DNA of 61,579 bases, filler included, from Catajapyx aquilonaris (Eukaryota): the NCBI GenBank assembly GCA_000934665.2. It is 3 parts of 3 records of this genome, joined end to end, with 100 filler letters (N's around TTAATTAATTAA, not from the genome) between each part and the next. Parts side by side here need not be neighbours in the genome. Positions count along the whole stretch, not along the records: positions 20,579 to 41,029 come from JYFJ02006256.1; positions 41,130 to 61,579 come from JYFJ02006258.1; 1 more part is not named here. The stretch is one strand, 5' to 3'. Within the stretch, counting starts at the first letter, position 1. The number at the start of each line of letters is the position of its first letter. The position numbers and the translations under genes are program-made. The notes below the pieces were generated by a model. It searched no databases. It was not told the origin of the DNA and saw only the letters and a program-made list of their open reading frames with translations. Positions 30,037 to 43,968 of the stretch are shown piece by piece.

Positions 30037-30571
30037 CATTATTGTGCGATAGACCTCAATAGTACGTGCAAGTGACGAGAAGGTTACACAATTATTACTG
30101 TGTAATTTTAAAAAGAACCTATGGAATTAACAAGAGGGGATGAAAAACCGACCATTAATAATGAATATGAAATGTCGTAAAATATATGTATCCAACAGAG
30201 CCTTCGCGCATTCTTATTACAATAACATTTTATCCGTCCCTAATATTTTGAGTTTTTTTTACTTAAATTGCTAACAAGTAAACTGATGCATAAAATATTG
30301 CCTTTGCCTCTTATACTTTCTCTGCTACAGACTCAATCAAAGAGGACTCAATGTTTGGTAGCTATAAGGACAGTGTTGTCATTCCAAACTGTTGTCATGT
30401 CAACAACGATAATAATTAATGATGCTTTCGGCGTTCTTTATTATTGCCATTAAGTCAATCGTGAGATCACGTAATCAACGATAATTTTTCCTTATCAAAA
30501 CGAACAGTGGTGTTGAACATATCTTTCGTCCACAAACACTCACTGGCAGATCATTGTTGGATTCCGTACCA

Positions 30572-32641
<2,070 letters not shown>

Positions 32642-35600
32642 TGATAGTTATGTTGTGACCACCTGTTGGGTCTAATAGTGATAAAATAAAGTGTGGGCTC
32701 CATCTCATTGTTTAGTTACAAAATCGCGTTGCAGATGTAGTTCTTGGCTTCAAAACACTGCAGTTACTCTGATGTACAGTCGCTAGATGTCAGACATGTT
32801 AGCTCTGTCGAAATTGGATGCGCGCAGTTTAAACGTGACAACAGGACATTAATAAGAACGTATGATACATAATTAAAGATTTCATCCTGATCTGCATTCG
32901 TACAACTGGGGTTGATTACATTACCTGATTATTACCTCCCACAAAAAATTAACTGCTCGCAATTTCAGTGCTAGTTGTCAGGGCGAGCGTAAGATTCATT
33001 AAGGTTAAGTAAAATATGAAGTTGATGACCCTGAACTATGTACGGTCGGGCAGGTCACAGGCCCGACTTTCACCCCGAGTTCCTCGCACTTTCTAGGTGG
33101 CAACAACTCCATCCCATTTAATTATCCGGGAGGGAAGGGGGGGAAAAAAACTGGATTATTGTTCATCCCTCGGGATGCGCATGACTACAATATGCAGAAG
33201 GCACGCTCTGCAATTACGACGAGTTTAAATCTCACAAAAGCCGTAACAGGCGGTGCTTAAAACTGTTTAGGACACTAGGACGTGATTTGGATGGTGTGGG
33301 AGATCCTTCTGTATGCAGGATGCCCTCTTTTTTTAATTCGCGATGTGTGGGAGGAAAAAGTTTCGCCTAAAGTTTGCCAATTACCACCAATGCTCGTTCA
33401 ATTAATCAAATAGATTGTGGCGGCCGGCACAATTAATCAGAATGAAACTTTACAGAGTTGAGCACGCCTTGTGGGAGCCCCCACCAATTGTTACGTAATT
33501 TATACAAAAAAAAGGATGTGTACAAGTATGACATGTGCAATAAATATTTCTTGGAATACGTTTCTACAAGTGAATTAGCATTTTTTTGTGCCATTAATGT
33601 TTGACACTGCAACATCACCCTTTGCACGACTAGTAATAATAATTGGTCACCTGGGAGCAATAAAGAATCCCCTGCTCTTGCATACAATAATTTCATTTAT
33701 CACTTTCCATGATTGACCAGCCTTCACAGCCATCACTCACTCGCTGTACTCACATCATCAGCAATATTAGGATGGAGCGTTATCACAGCATTTAAACACT
33801 ATAGGAGCCTCCGGTTTTTTTGTGATATGCAAACGAGTCAGGCGATGAAAGTAATCTTCGCAAAGGATCTAACGCGATGAAACTATCGGGCACATAATGC
33901 AAATGTATCCAGTGTGATCTAGTCTTAATAACACCCAGCCCTTTTTTATAAAGGCTGGGGCTTCAAACGGGGCAATAATTCCTGCATTAACTCCGAACGT
34001 ATCGTCCAATTTAATTGCCTGGCTCTGTACTTACGGTTTGCATCGGAGGCCATAATTTGAAATGTAATGACTCGTTTTGTGGAGGAAAAATGGAACTTTT
34101 TACGTAACTCGGTTTTCTGCTCAATTTAAGTCTAGGTGAACATTTTTTCCCAACTGACTCGTTAGACAGCTCTATATAAATTTTAATTGGGATATTAGAG
34201 GGAATTACTATGCAAATTTCTGTCCCGAAAGGGAAAGAAATTACTGTATTGGCGGTTTGCAATAATTTTTGCTAGAATCGACAGAGAAGAACGAGAACAA
34301 TGTCCAAGAAGTGACGTATGTATCCGGAGCCCTTCTATTCATATACACTGCTGCATTTCTCATAAATCATTCATGGATGAGAGTGAGGAGAATCGTGGGC
34401 AAAAGGCGAAAGTGTTGAGGGGCCGAGGAGATCCATGAATTGGAACGAGTGAAGTGATCGTCTGATGATGGCTCCTATTCAACCTACTCACTTTTTTTCT
34501 TCCAGTTTTTCTGCGCAGCATTGCTACGTGCCTTTTTTCGAAATAGAAAGATGGAGAAGGAAAAAAAAAGTTATAGCGCTCGATACCGAATCAAGTCATT
34601 CAGACGTCAGCTGCACCATATTTTTGCCACAACAATTGCGGCACACTTCGAAGAAGAAAAAAAAGTGGTCTCAATTTCATTATACGTCACTGCATTGTCG
34701 ATCGATGGATTCAGATATTGTGACAGTTTTTTTAATGCAATTTTTGCGCAATAATAGAGCAGGTTCGAGTCCACCAGATCTGATGACGTGACTACATTTT
34801 AACTTCCAATTATTTACTCAAAAGATGCTGCTGACTTTATCTGATCTTCTCGTCTATTTTTGCGCTAACATCTCTCAGCACGAGACTGGGCTTTTCCTCG
34901 CAATTACTGAAACGCGATGCGGAAATGGAAAGGCCTCTCAGCTAGTTTTCTCGCCATCTGACACAATTTTAGGACTTTAAATAGCAGGACCTCAAAATAC
35001 ACGGGGAGGGGGGAAAGGACATTACTTCGTTAACCCCTTCTCGTGCATCCAAAACGCAATTAGTGTCACGCCCTGGATACATTTTCGCCAGAGTCCGGAT
35101 GAGGCCGACACGATTTTCTTACCGGATTCGTAGGTTCAAATGACCGGAGTATATTACGTAGATTAGTTACGCAATTAGTTGAACTGGTTTTCTCCACCCC
35201 ACTGTACAGAGTGCTGCTCATAAATACTGAGAGATAAGCACTCCAGTAATGAGAGATATCTCTTAATAGTGGTATTAATTTGAAGTAATATACTCCTTTA
35301 CTTATTGGTATTACTGTACCAATTAATAAGTACTTTTTACTATTAGTTTCAATTTTAATTTACTAATCATATTGATATTAATTATTATGAGTTTGATTTA
35401 AATTGCAATAAAAATTCAGCTGTTAGGTAATAGCATATTAATATGGTAGCAAAAATGTAAGTTAATTAAATTGATAATATACAAAAAGTAAACTGTAGGT
35501 TCAAATGTTTTTAATCATGTCCATGTTTATTAATTTTTCTGGTAGAAAAGAGAGTTATTAATATTAATGTTATTATTTAAATTTTAATATTAATACAACA

Positions 35601-35966
35601 CACTTAATATTCATATTTAAATTAACATAGCGGATACCTTGAGGCTTAATTATTGTACTGTACAGTATAATTCCAGTCCGATGTCACTAGTCCAGCTCAG
35701 CTAAGTTATGTACCATGAATCATGTAACTAGACCGTCAAGACTGGGAGGGTATATACACTGCGGCTATAAAATAACGCGCACATTACTCACCCTGTAATG
35801 AGATGTGGCACAATTTGCTTTTGACGCTAAAAACTATACACCGGGACGCCCGAAATTATTCGAATCCATCACGCGTCCTCGAATATTTCCACGTCAAAAT
35901 GTCAAGACAATGTGTTGCTCTTTAATAGCAAAACAATATTGTTACCTTCCCTCCACAAAATGACCT

Positions 35967-35970
<4 letters not shown>

Positions 35971-36046
<76 letters not shown>
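35971..36046. repeat. (AAT)n microsatellite
   Basis: About 25 perfect TAA units. Confidence 0.95.
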
Positions 36047-36047
<1 letters not shown>

Positions 36048-39000
36048 TGGTGGCCTACATTGAGTGAAATTTGATTAATAAGCGAGGAAGCAGTAGGCCT
36101 GCTGCATTGTTATCGAGGTCTATTACACTTCATTGAGCTTCATGTCCCCCAAAAATGATTTGTAGGTCGATGTTTCAATGTAACATGGCCGTCACAGGAT
36201 AGATTATAGCACGTATCACTGGAGGATAATCAGATCTCCGCTTTTAATGGCCATACTTCAATGAAAACTTAATTGAACCGAGAGTGATGATCCGCAGCAA
36301 TAAACGCGCAGGGAAAAAAAACAACGAGTCGCGCATAATTTTTCCTCTTTGGTCAATTAATCCGGTTCATATTTTTGCATTTTAAGCCAGACTAATGAAC
36401 CGCCGTCGATATAAATACGAGTATAATAAAAATTGTTGCCACTTCCAAGAGACCGTAAATGACCGGATTTGCATTTTTATTGAAACATTAGCATGAAGGA
36501 CTATTCCCATTTGAATAAACTAATATTTTATAGATATAGCCTCTGAATTTATTTATTTTTTTGTAAAATTCCTGACAACTGGACTCTTCCAGTGAAGTGT
36601 CCCAAACATTTGTTCAGTTCCGGACATAAAACCGGAAACATGCTCGAAGTTTTTGAAGAGCCAGCACTATTTACTGTCCTCCAAAAAAAAACTCTGAATA
36701 AAACCGGATTGAGACATCACGTGCTAAAATTGAAGCCCTGCAAAATCGAGTCGACCAGAAATGAACCATTTCAAGCCCCTGCGATGCTTCCTCTGCGGCG
36801 GTCAAACGTCTAAATCAGGTCCATATAGGAACCAGTTTTTTTCCTCCCAAAAAAAAGGAATTGAAAAACTCTTATGTCTCCCGGCGTCTCTTCTGGTCGC
36901 ATCCGGTGACAGTTGGCACGTTGTGTGACAGTCACTCAGGCGACAGCAGGCCCTGACCCCATCCCAAGAAAAATGCTTACAGTACATCCCTCTTGAACTA
37001 TATTTCGGGGGAGGAGAATTGCGGCGCAGAAGAGTGCAATTGGATACTTGTGTTGGTATTTCAGGAATTCGATTTCCTCTAAGGGCAAGTCTACCACCCA
37101 CGAATGCCGGTTCCTATTAAGCAGATATCGGTTTTCATCATTTTGAGACATGCTCGATATGTTTTCATTGCCCAATATTGATATTTCGTTATAGGGGTCT
37201 TACAAATATCGTTAAGATGCTCTAAATCCTAAGTATATGACACTTCAAACTGTCATTACATGTCATCTTCAGTTAAAAGCAATGACAGTAATCTTGTATA
37301 CAATCATGTAAATTATTGTCACAACTGACATTTATTCAACGAGGAAAAATTGGGTCGCATAAACTTGTACTTACAGAGAAATGAGGAAAACACTGTGGCC
37401 ATTATTTGTCTGCCAGACATACACCATCAGGAAACACTCGCCTTCTAATTAATCCGTGGTTTCAACAGATAGATATCGACGCTTTCTGATCTCAACAGTA
37501 ACATTATCAGACTTTTTTTTCCTAAGAAGTGTTAGAGAAGAGGAGGCAGTAATTTATAGAGGAAAATCCGGTCTGGCACATCCAATTAATCTATTTTATC
37601 GTCAATAATCAATCCTCACCGCGATCTAGTTTCTCCAACTGTGAGTCAGAGGAACAGCTATCGAAAGCCAGTGTAATTACATAGCATTGTGCACTTTATG
37701 AACTGAGTTTGTCAGATGTTTGTTCGGCCTATTTGTTCCTTGAATGCGACAGGCAAAATGTCATCGACAGAGTTTATTGTGACGTACGACGAGACCCGGG
37801 CCCAAAAAAAATTAGCATTTACGGACCACAACACGAAATAATGCGACGCTGCTAATATGAATTAACATCGGAATGGACTATTGATGAAAGCCCAAGTTAA
37901 TAGCTTAACTATGTACACTTGGACATACCCATTCAATTTTTATTAAAATCGGCAATTTTTCCGTCCCAAAAAGTTAGCAGACTCGGTCAGATTTCCTATA
38001 AAGGAAAGGGAAAAGTATTCAAACTAATGTCAAATCAGTGTTGTAGTCACAACGATGCTCTTGACAACGGTTTGGGACTAGATTTATGGGAACAACTTTC
38101 TTGAAAAGACTGGAGCTGCTGGGCCCTCCGAGGAGAAAGTCCATATTTCATCACTTATGCTTAAGAAATCACTTAACACAGGATCGCACTTCAGATCCTT
38201 TGTAAACACAACGAGAATAACAGTGCTTGAAACTTTCGGACATTTCAATTTTAATTAGTCCAAATGCGTCTTCTGTGTTCCTAAAACCGGGCCCAGCCCG
38301 AGACAAAGCAAGGGTTGTTGCTGTGTAGCTCAGACTTTGCTAAAACGTTTCATTTAATATCTGAAAGGCTGTGGTCCCAAGCAAAATCCTATATAGGAGC
38401 GTAAATATTGCTCGCAAAACAGTACAACAATTAAATGAACAAGTCATGACCGTTACCTGGAGGGGTGTACCATTGTACCTACAGGCATGTTGTTGCGAAG
38501 GACCTACGTCAAAAGCAGGTTTATTGAACAAACCGGGGCATATTTGCACAGCTTCATGAACTGTTCAGACCCTCCGTCATTATAGTTCCAACCATGTGAT
38601 GAAAAAGACCACTGGTCAAATACAAATTTTGCGTTTGTATTAAATCGACTGTATGTGTGTTTAGAAATGTTGGAAATTATTTTTCTTTTAAGAAAAAGAA
38701 AAAAAAACGGTGTCAGGGTCCACCTGAGAGAGCAAACAAGACAAATTGCAGAAAACGAGGCTTACGGGTAAATGCGTTTTCTATTTAGGAGGAAGGGGTC
38801 CAGCAGCTCCAGTAATCCGATAGATTTTTTCTCCACTGATTTATAACCTGTTTGGCTATTTCCCCGGGCTCAGTTCCTGTCGTGGAAGGTGACCAACTGC
38901 AGTCGCTATATAGCTTCTGGAGAAAACTCCTTGGCTGCAATCGAACAATACCAGCCACCCCGGATTACTTCAGTTCATCTTTCTTTTGTGTGGAAAAAAA

Positions 39001-41029
39001 GAAGAAATTATTAACCTTGGAGAAACAGGAGTTAAAAACACAATTTACACAAAACTGATTTACGTTTGCGGTTTGCCTGCTGACGTCAGATCAAAAACTG
39101 CATTTTCTTGATAGCGCATGAAATTGCCTTGAAAAATATTTTGCTCTGGTTCAAGTTCGACATAAAAATATTCTTCTTTTTAAATGTTGGTAATACGACA
39201 ACGGATATTTTTAAAAGAGCATAATCAAATTTTGTCCCCCCCCCTCCCCGCTCCGGATCGAAATTAGCCAGGCTTACGAATCCGGGAACATTCCAACAGT
39301 GACATGTGACTAATTGAAAATCTCTTCCTACCCTTCCAGCCCTGCAAAAGGGATTTAAAATGTTCATTAGCCCCGCGGTGTGCAGGCTGTGTGAAGCCAA
39401 TCCCATTGGAATTTAACGCCAATTAAGACACCCTCAGTGAGTGGCCTGGGTTTCCCCCCTGCAAATCACACTTGTTTATCTGCCTAGTTCCACCTGCTAA
39501 TTGCCGACTTTGTGAATCGTTGAAATTTACACCTCTTAAAAGTATTATTGAGCCAATAGCAACGTTTCAACACCAGATTCTATAGGGTAGAATGGCATCA
39601 AAGTCTTTAGCTGTGGTTTGCGTCAAGGTTGGCATAAACTAGTAGCGGATTTACTATTTTGGACCGCAAAACTGCGCCTGGAATTCTCAGAAATAGATGT
39701 CGACATTGAACTACTTTGCAACATAAAATTGTAGACCCACTGAATAGTGTATAAAATGACGATGGCATTAGCCATTTGTGTACACAAGTTCAGTACGCAT
39801 ATGGCGGTTCTGCGTATTGATTCAGCCAGCATTGCTCTGTGCGGCATGGATTTTTAAAAAAAGTTTGCAGAATTGAAATACGATATATTGAAAGAAAGAA
39901 AAAATTGCTTTAACTGACACAATTGCTTTCCAATATTTAACTTGCTTTGTGCAAACCGGAGACCTCTATTTACTCAGGTATATACTCAACGTGACCAAAT
40001 TCCCAAGATATAATTTCTCTGGGATTATATAATTATGCAAATATCATAATATGTAGGCTACGCTCAGTACATCCTTACAATGGCACAGTGCAAGCCCCGT
40101 GTGTAAAACTTGTCAAAAAATTGCAAACAAAAGCAGACATCATACGCACCGCTCACTTATTATGTTTTGTATTCATGAAGAGTACATACATGCATGAAAT
40201 GCGATTCAACGCAAATTTCAAGCGTCACATCACAAAATAATAGAAATAACATAAGTATAACAAAAGCAATGTTCAACAGTGCAGAAGATCCTTTCTGCGA
40301 AACGGACCGACTTTTTGCAAAGAGATTTCACTGTGTAATTATTATTATTTTGATAAACCTGTGACCTATTCATCCTTCCTGGCCTTGCATGCCTATAGGC
40401 TACTTGTTGAAGAATCGGGTTTAATTAATACTTACCTAGACTAAGATTGGCACAATTCTGAATACATTCTGTGCAAAATCAGCCCCGTTCGATTAGCGGT
40501 TAGAACCTTGCAAATATCTATTATTCTTGACTAGTTTTACACACATTGAACCTACAGCTGAATAGTCACTCGACCTACATTTTCTCTGAATGGTAATTGG
40601 TTCTGGATCCTATATATATGGATGTAATTATTCTCCTTCAAAATTACTGCTCCTTTGATTGCAATGTGAATCGTTAAGTTCAACTTATATATCACTCGGA
40701 TCCAATCAAAATCGACTCGTTTCAATTAAGTTTCAATAGAAAGCTGGTTAGTTTCTTGTTAAGCGAAGAAACCTCCCCCCTTTCAAACCAAGCACTTTCG
40801 CAATTTGCTATTCACAAAAACTCTTTCTTTTTTTCTCTTCCGCCACTTGTGCCTATGATCTTCTTTTTCTGGAGGAGATCCATCTAAACAAACACTTCTC
40901 TCGTTGGCAGCCTCTATACGCCTCGGTTTTCCTTTTTTTCTTTTTTTTTTGTATGTGTGTGTTCTGTGCCATCAGGAACTTTATGGAGAGGAAGCTTGGG
41001 GGAGTTTGGTTCACATGCATTATAAATCA

Positions 41030-41129
41030 NNNNNNNNNNNNNNNNNNNNNNNNNNNNNNNNNNNNNNNNNNNNTTAATTAATTAANNNNNNNNNNNNNNN
41101 NNNNNNNNNNNNNNNNNNNNNNNNNNNNN
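41030..41129. other. Artificial assembly spacer
   Basis: 44 N + TTAATTAATTAA + 44 N. Confidence 0.95.
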
Positions 41130-41414
41130 TTTGGCAGCTAGTGACCTCATGTGAAACCCTCCAGCGAACACCAGAACAGGCCTGTTTCCCACGGATGACC
41201 CTTTTTTCCCTCATTAATTGTTACATCGGCATTGGCCCTAATATCAGCCGGTGCTATTCCCGATTCTCCAGAAAGAGCCAGAAAGCATCTCTTAGCAACG
41301 ACCTGCTTATAAACAAGCAGCTTGCGCGATTTTTCCAATAACTACTGGTGCCATAAAGTTGGATCACCCTGTATATATACACACACACACACACCCATAT
41401 ACATCGTATATATA

Positions 41415-41798
41415 CAGGGTGGACCAACTTCAAGTGTTGTTTTATAACGGCAATTAATAGCAGTGATTTTGCGATGACGTAGCAGCGACGTGTAAAATGT
41501 CCCACTTTGGCGCCATCGAAAATATTAGCTGCCAATAGCAGCTCACATGTAATCAACCCTGCTGATGGGTTGACCTGGAAAAAAGTAGGTGCACACATGA
41601 CCTGAGATACGCCTGGGTGAAACGGGTGACGCCCAAGGCACCACATGGACCTGTAATGCATTACATGTGTGCTGCTATTGGCAGCTAATATTTTTGATGG
41701 CGCCAAAGTGGGCCATTTTACACGTCGCTGCTACGTCAATCGTAAAGCGCTTCTATTAATAGCGATTATAAAACGACACTTGAAGTTGGTCCACCCTG
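41415..41798. mobile_element. Tc1/mariner-type palindromic MITE in the SR-gene intron
   Basis: TA|CAGGGTGGACCAACTTCAAGTG... with ~140-bp inverted arms ending CCACCCTG|TA. Confidence 0.85.
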
Positions 41799-41937
41799 TA
41801 TTATAGCAGAACTCTTTGGTGTAAACAGCCCTAAGCACTACAAATTACAGTTACTTAGCGTTGAATATATGTTAATTTTGTGAACTTGTTTGCTTTGTGC
41901 TGATGGAAACAGGCCACAGAAGTGAAAGCATGCTCAC

Positions 41938-42063
41938 CACAAATCCAAAACCATCCTTGATTAGGATATCCTTGACACGGCCGTATCCTCTGAAGAACCT
42001 CTCCAGGTCCTTCTCACGAACACCAAATGGCAGCCCTCCTACATACACCCGCGTACCCACCAT
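41938..42063 (-). CDS. First coding exon of an SR splicing factor of the SRSF4/5/6 (B52/SRp55) family; the rest of the gene is not seen beyond the assembly spacer
   Basis: MVGTRVYVGGLPFGVREKDLERFFRGYGRVKDILIKDGFGFV contains RRM RNP2 and the start of RNP1, and closely resembles the B52 N-terminus. Acceptor TTTTCCTTTAG lies 1 nt before the ATG and donor GTGAGC starts at 41937. Confidence 0.9.
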
Positions 42064-42558
42064 CCTAAAGGAAAAACAAATTTTTCATATTAGTTATTAC
42101 ACACATTTCGACCACAGATACAGAGTGTTCCAGGTAAGGTGTCTGTTTCAGTTAGGGCTGGTTATGAACTACAAGGACATGCTGATAATTTTTGCCTTCA
42201 TGTGCAGTACATAGAATGTCTAATACATATCACAGGACAATGCAGGGAGCATCAAATGAAAGCCTGGAATATCCTCTTCAAAACCATATGTTTAATTTTC
42301 TAAATCCTGCAGCAATACACGTGAGCCAGCAATGTACTAGTTCTCTCTTACCATCGCCTTTGTGACACTTAAAATTCCAGGGGCCTTTTGGGGACCCTTT
42401 TTTTAAAAGCATACAATGTGAAAGAGAGAGTCATTAATCTGCACCATCATATCACCTAATATTTTTCTGATTAAAAATCTCCAACATTGAAGTCATATTC
42501 AATTTACCATTACTTAAAAGGAACCAATATGTCGTATTCAGTCAATATTTGTTGCTGT

Positions 42559-42850
42559 GGGGAGGTTGAGTGGCGCTGCTGTAACGCGCCCACGGATGTT
42601 AAGGTCCCGGGTTCGATCCCAGCCAGGGTTCCCCCCTTCATCTGGTGCAGAGTTGGGCCATCTCTGGCTTCATCTCGGGTGGAATTTCCTTAGACTAATC
42701 CACCCGGGGGAGTTCACAAAATGACCACACCCAAGACATTGCACTGCATTTTGCACATCCCCTCCTGTCATCCTGCCCATGGGCCCGGGCGCTATGTATA
42801 AAGGCTCCAACAAATGTATAAGATACAAATAAAGGTCCGTGCTAATAGAC
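42559..42850 (+). mobile_element. SINE family 1, tail type A
   Basis: Shared head and body with AATAAAGGTCC tail. Confidence 0.85.
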
Positions 42851-43101
42851 TATCTATTAGTAAATGCAGTATATCTCAAACACTGTGCCTGATAGCACGA
42901 TTCTGCAGATATGGAATCAGCACAGAAAGTACTATAGGAATCACAATTCACATCTTGAGAAAGAACACAAAAGTCTTTTGTAGGACAGTGAAATTAATAT
43001 TATATCTGCAAAACATGTCTATTATTTTCTGGAGAACCATGCATGGCCCAGGCCTCAAACTGAACACACTGAACCTTGTGTTGGTCACAACTAGTGTCAC
43101 C

Positions 43102-43354
43102 AAATATGACTGCTTTAACACAAATACATCACTAATTATAATTAGTGATGTATTTGAGTTAAAGCAGTCATATTTAGTTTTCCTCTAAAATGTAACAAAT
43201 TTATTTTTACATTTCGTCGGTCACTTGCTCAGATACATGCCCAAGAATGAGGACCCTGACAATTATTGTGGGGGCCCTCATTCTTGGGCATGTGTCTGAG
43301 CAAGTGACCGACGCAATGTAAAAATAAATTTTACTTACATTTTAGAGGAAAACT
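43102..43354. repeat. Two abutting near-perfect palindromes (43102-43175 and 43176-43354)
   Basis: AAATATGACTGCTTTAAC...GTTAAAGCAGTCATATTT and AGTTTTCCTCTAAAATGTAA...TTACATTTTAGAGGAAAACT. Confidence 0.85.
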
Positions 43355-43577
43355 CATTCCATAGGTGCAATCTCCTGGTGTTTCTCTTTCTTTTGATATA
43401 TATGTTCATTGGGTTTTGACCAATTCCACTAACCGGAAAAAATTCTCCAAAAAAGGCCTAATTTTGGGCCATTTTCAAAGTTTCTCACTCTCTCACTTTT
43501 TTTCCCTTCCAATGGTATCGCGCAATGTGGGTGAAACTTGATATGGAGCATTATGGCACATGTCTGTACATCTGTGA

Positions 43578-43968
43578 TTATTATTATTATTATTATTTTT
43601 TTTTTTTTATTATTATTTTTATTATTTTTATTATTATGCTGTTTACCCAGTAGGCCACAGGCCTTCTCAGGTGGGTGGATTACCACCATTTCACTCCATT
43701 TTCTGAATTAACTTCAATCACTGGTGCATGGAGTCAAGGTTGTAGGGTAGGGATAGGGATTTCTGGAGAGGGAACATAGGTGCAAGTGCAATGTCTGAAT
43801 AATGGGTCATGTGCTGTTCCCCAGGAGGTTAGGCTGCCAGACACCTCCTTGGTGCAGGTCAGAGACCCTCCTGACGCAGGTGAAAGGGAACTCCCCAGGC
43901 AGGGATCGAATCTGGGGCCTTTCACTCAGCAAGCCGAGACGTTACCATCTAGTCCACCACACCTCCCT
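43578..43968 (-). mobile_element. SINE family 2
   Basis: Inverted copy of 8067-8418 with an (AAT)-rich tail. Confidence 0.85.

Noticed and set aside
32700..41029. Conserved miRNA hairpins or remaining SR-gene exons, including a poison exon
   Set aside because: No remembered miRNA mature sequence and no RRM- or RS-coding segment was recognised by eye. A proper search is needed to exclude them.
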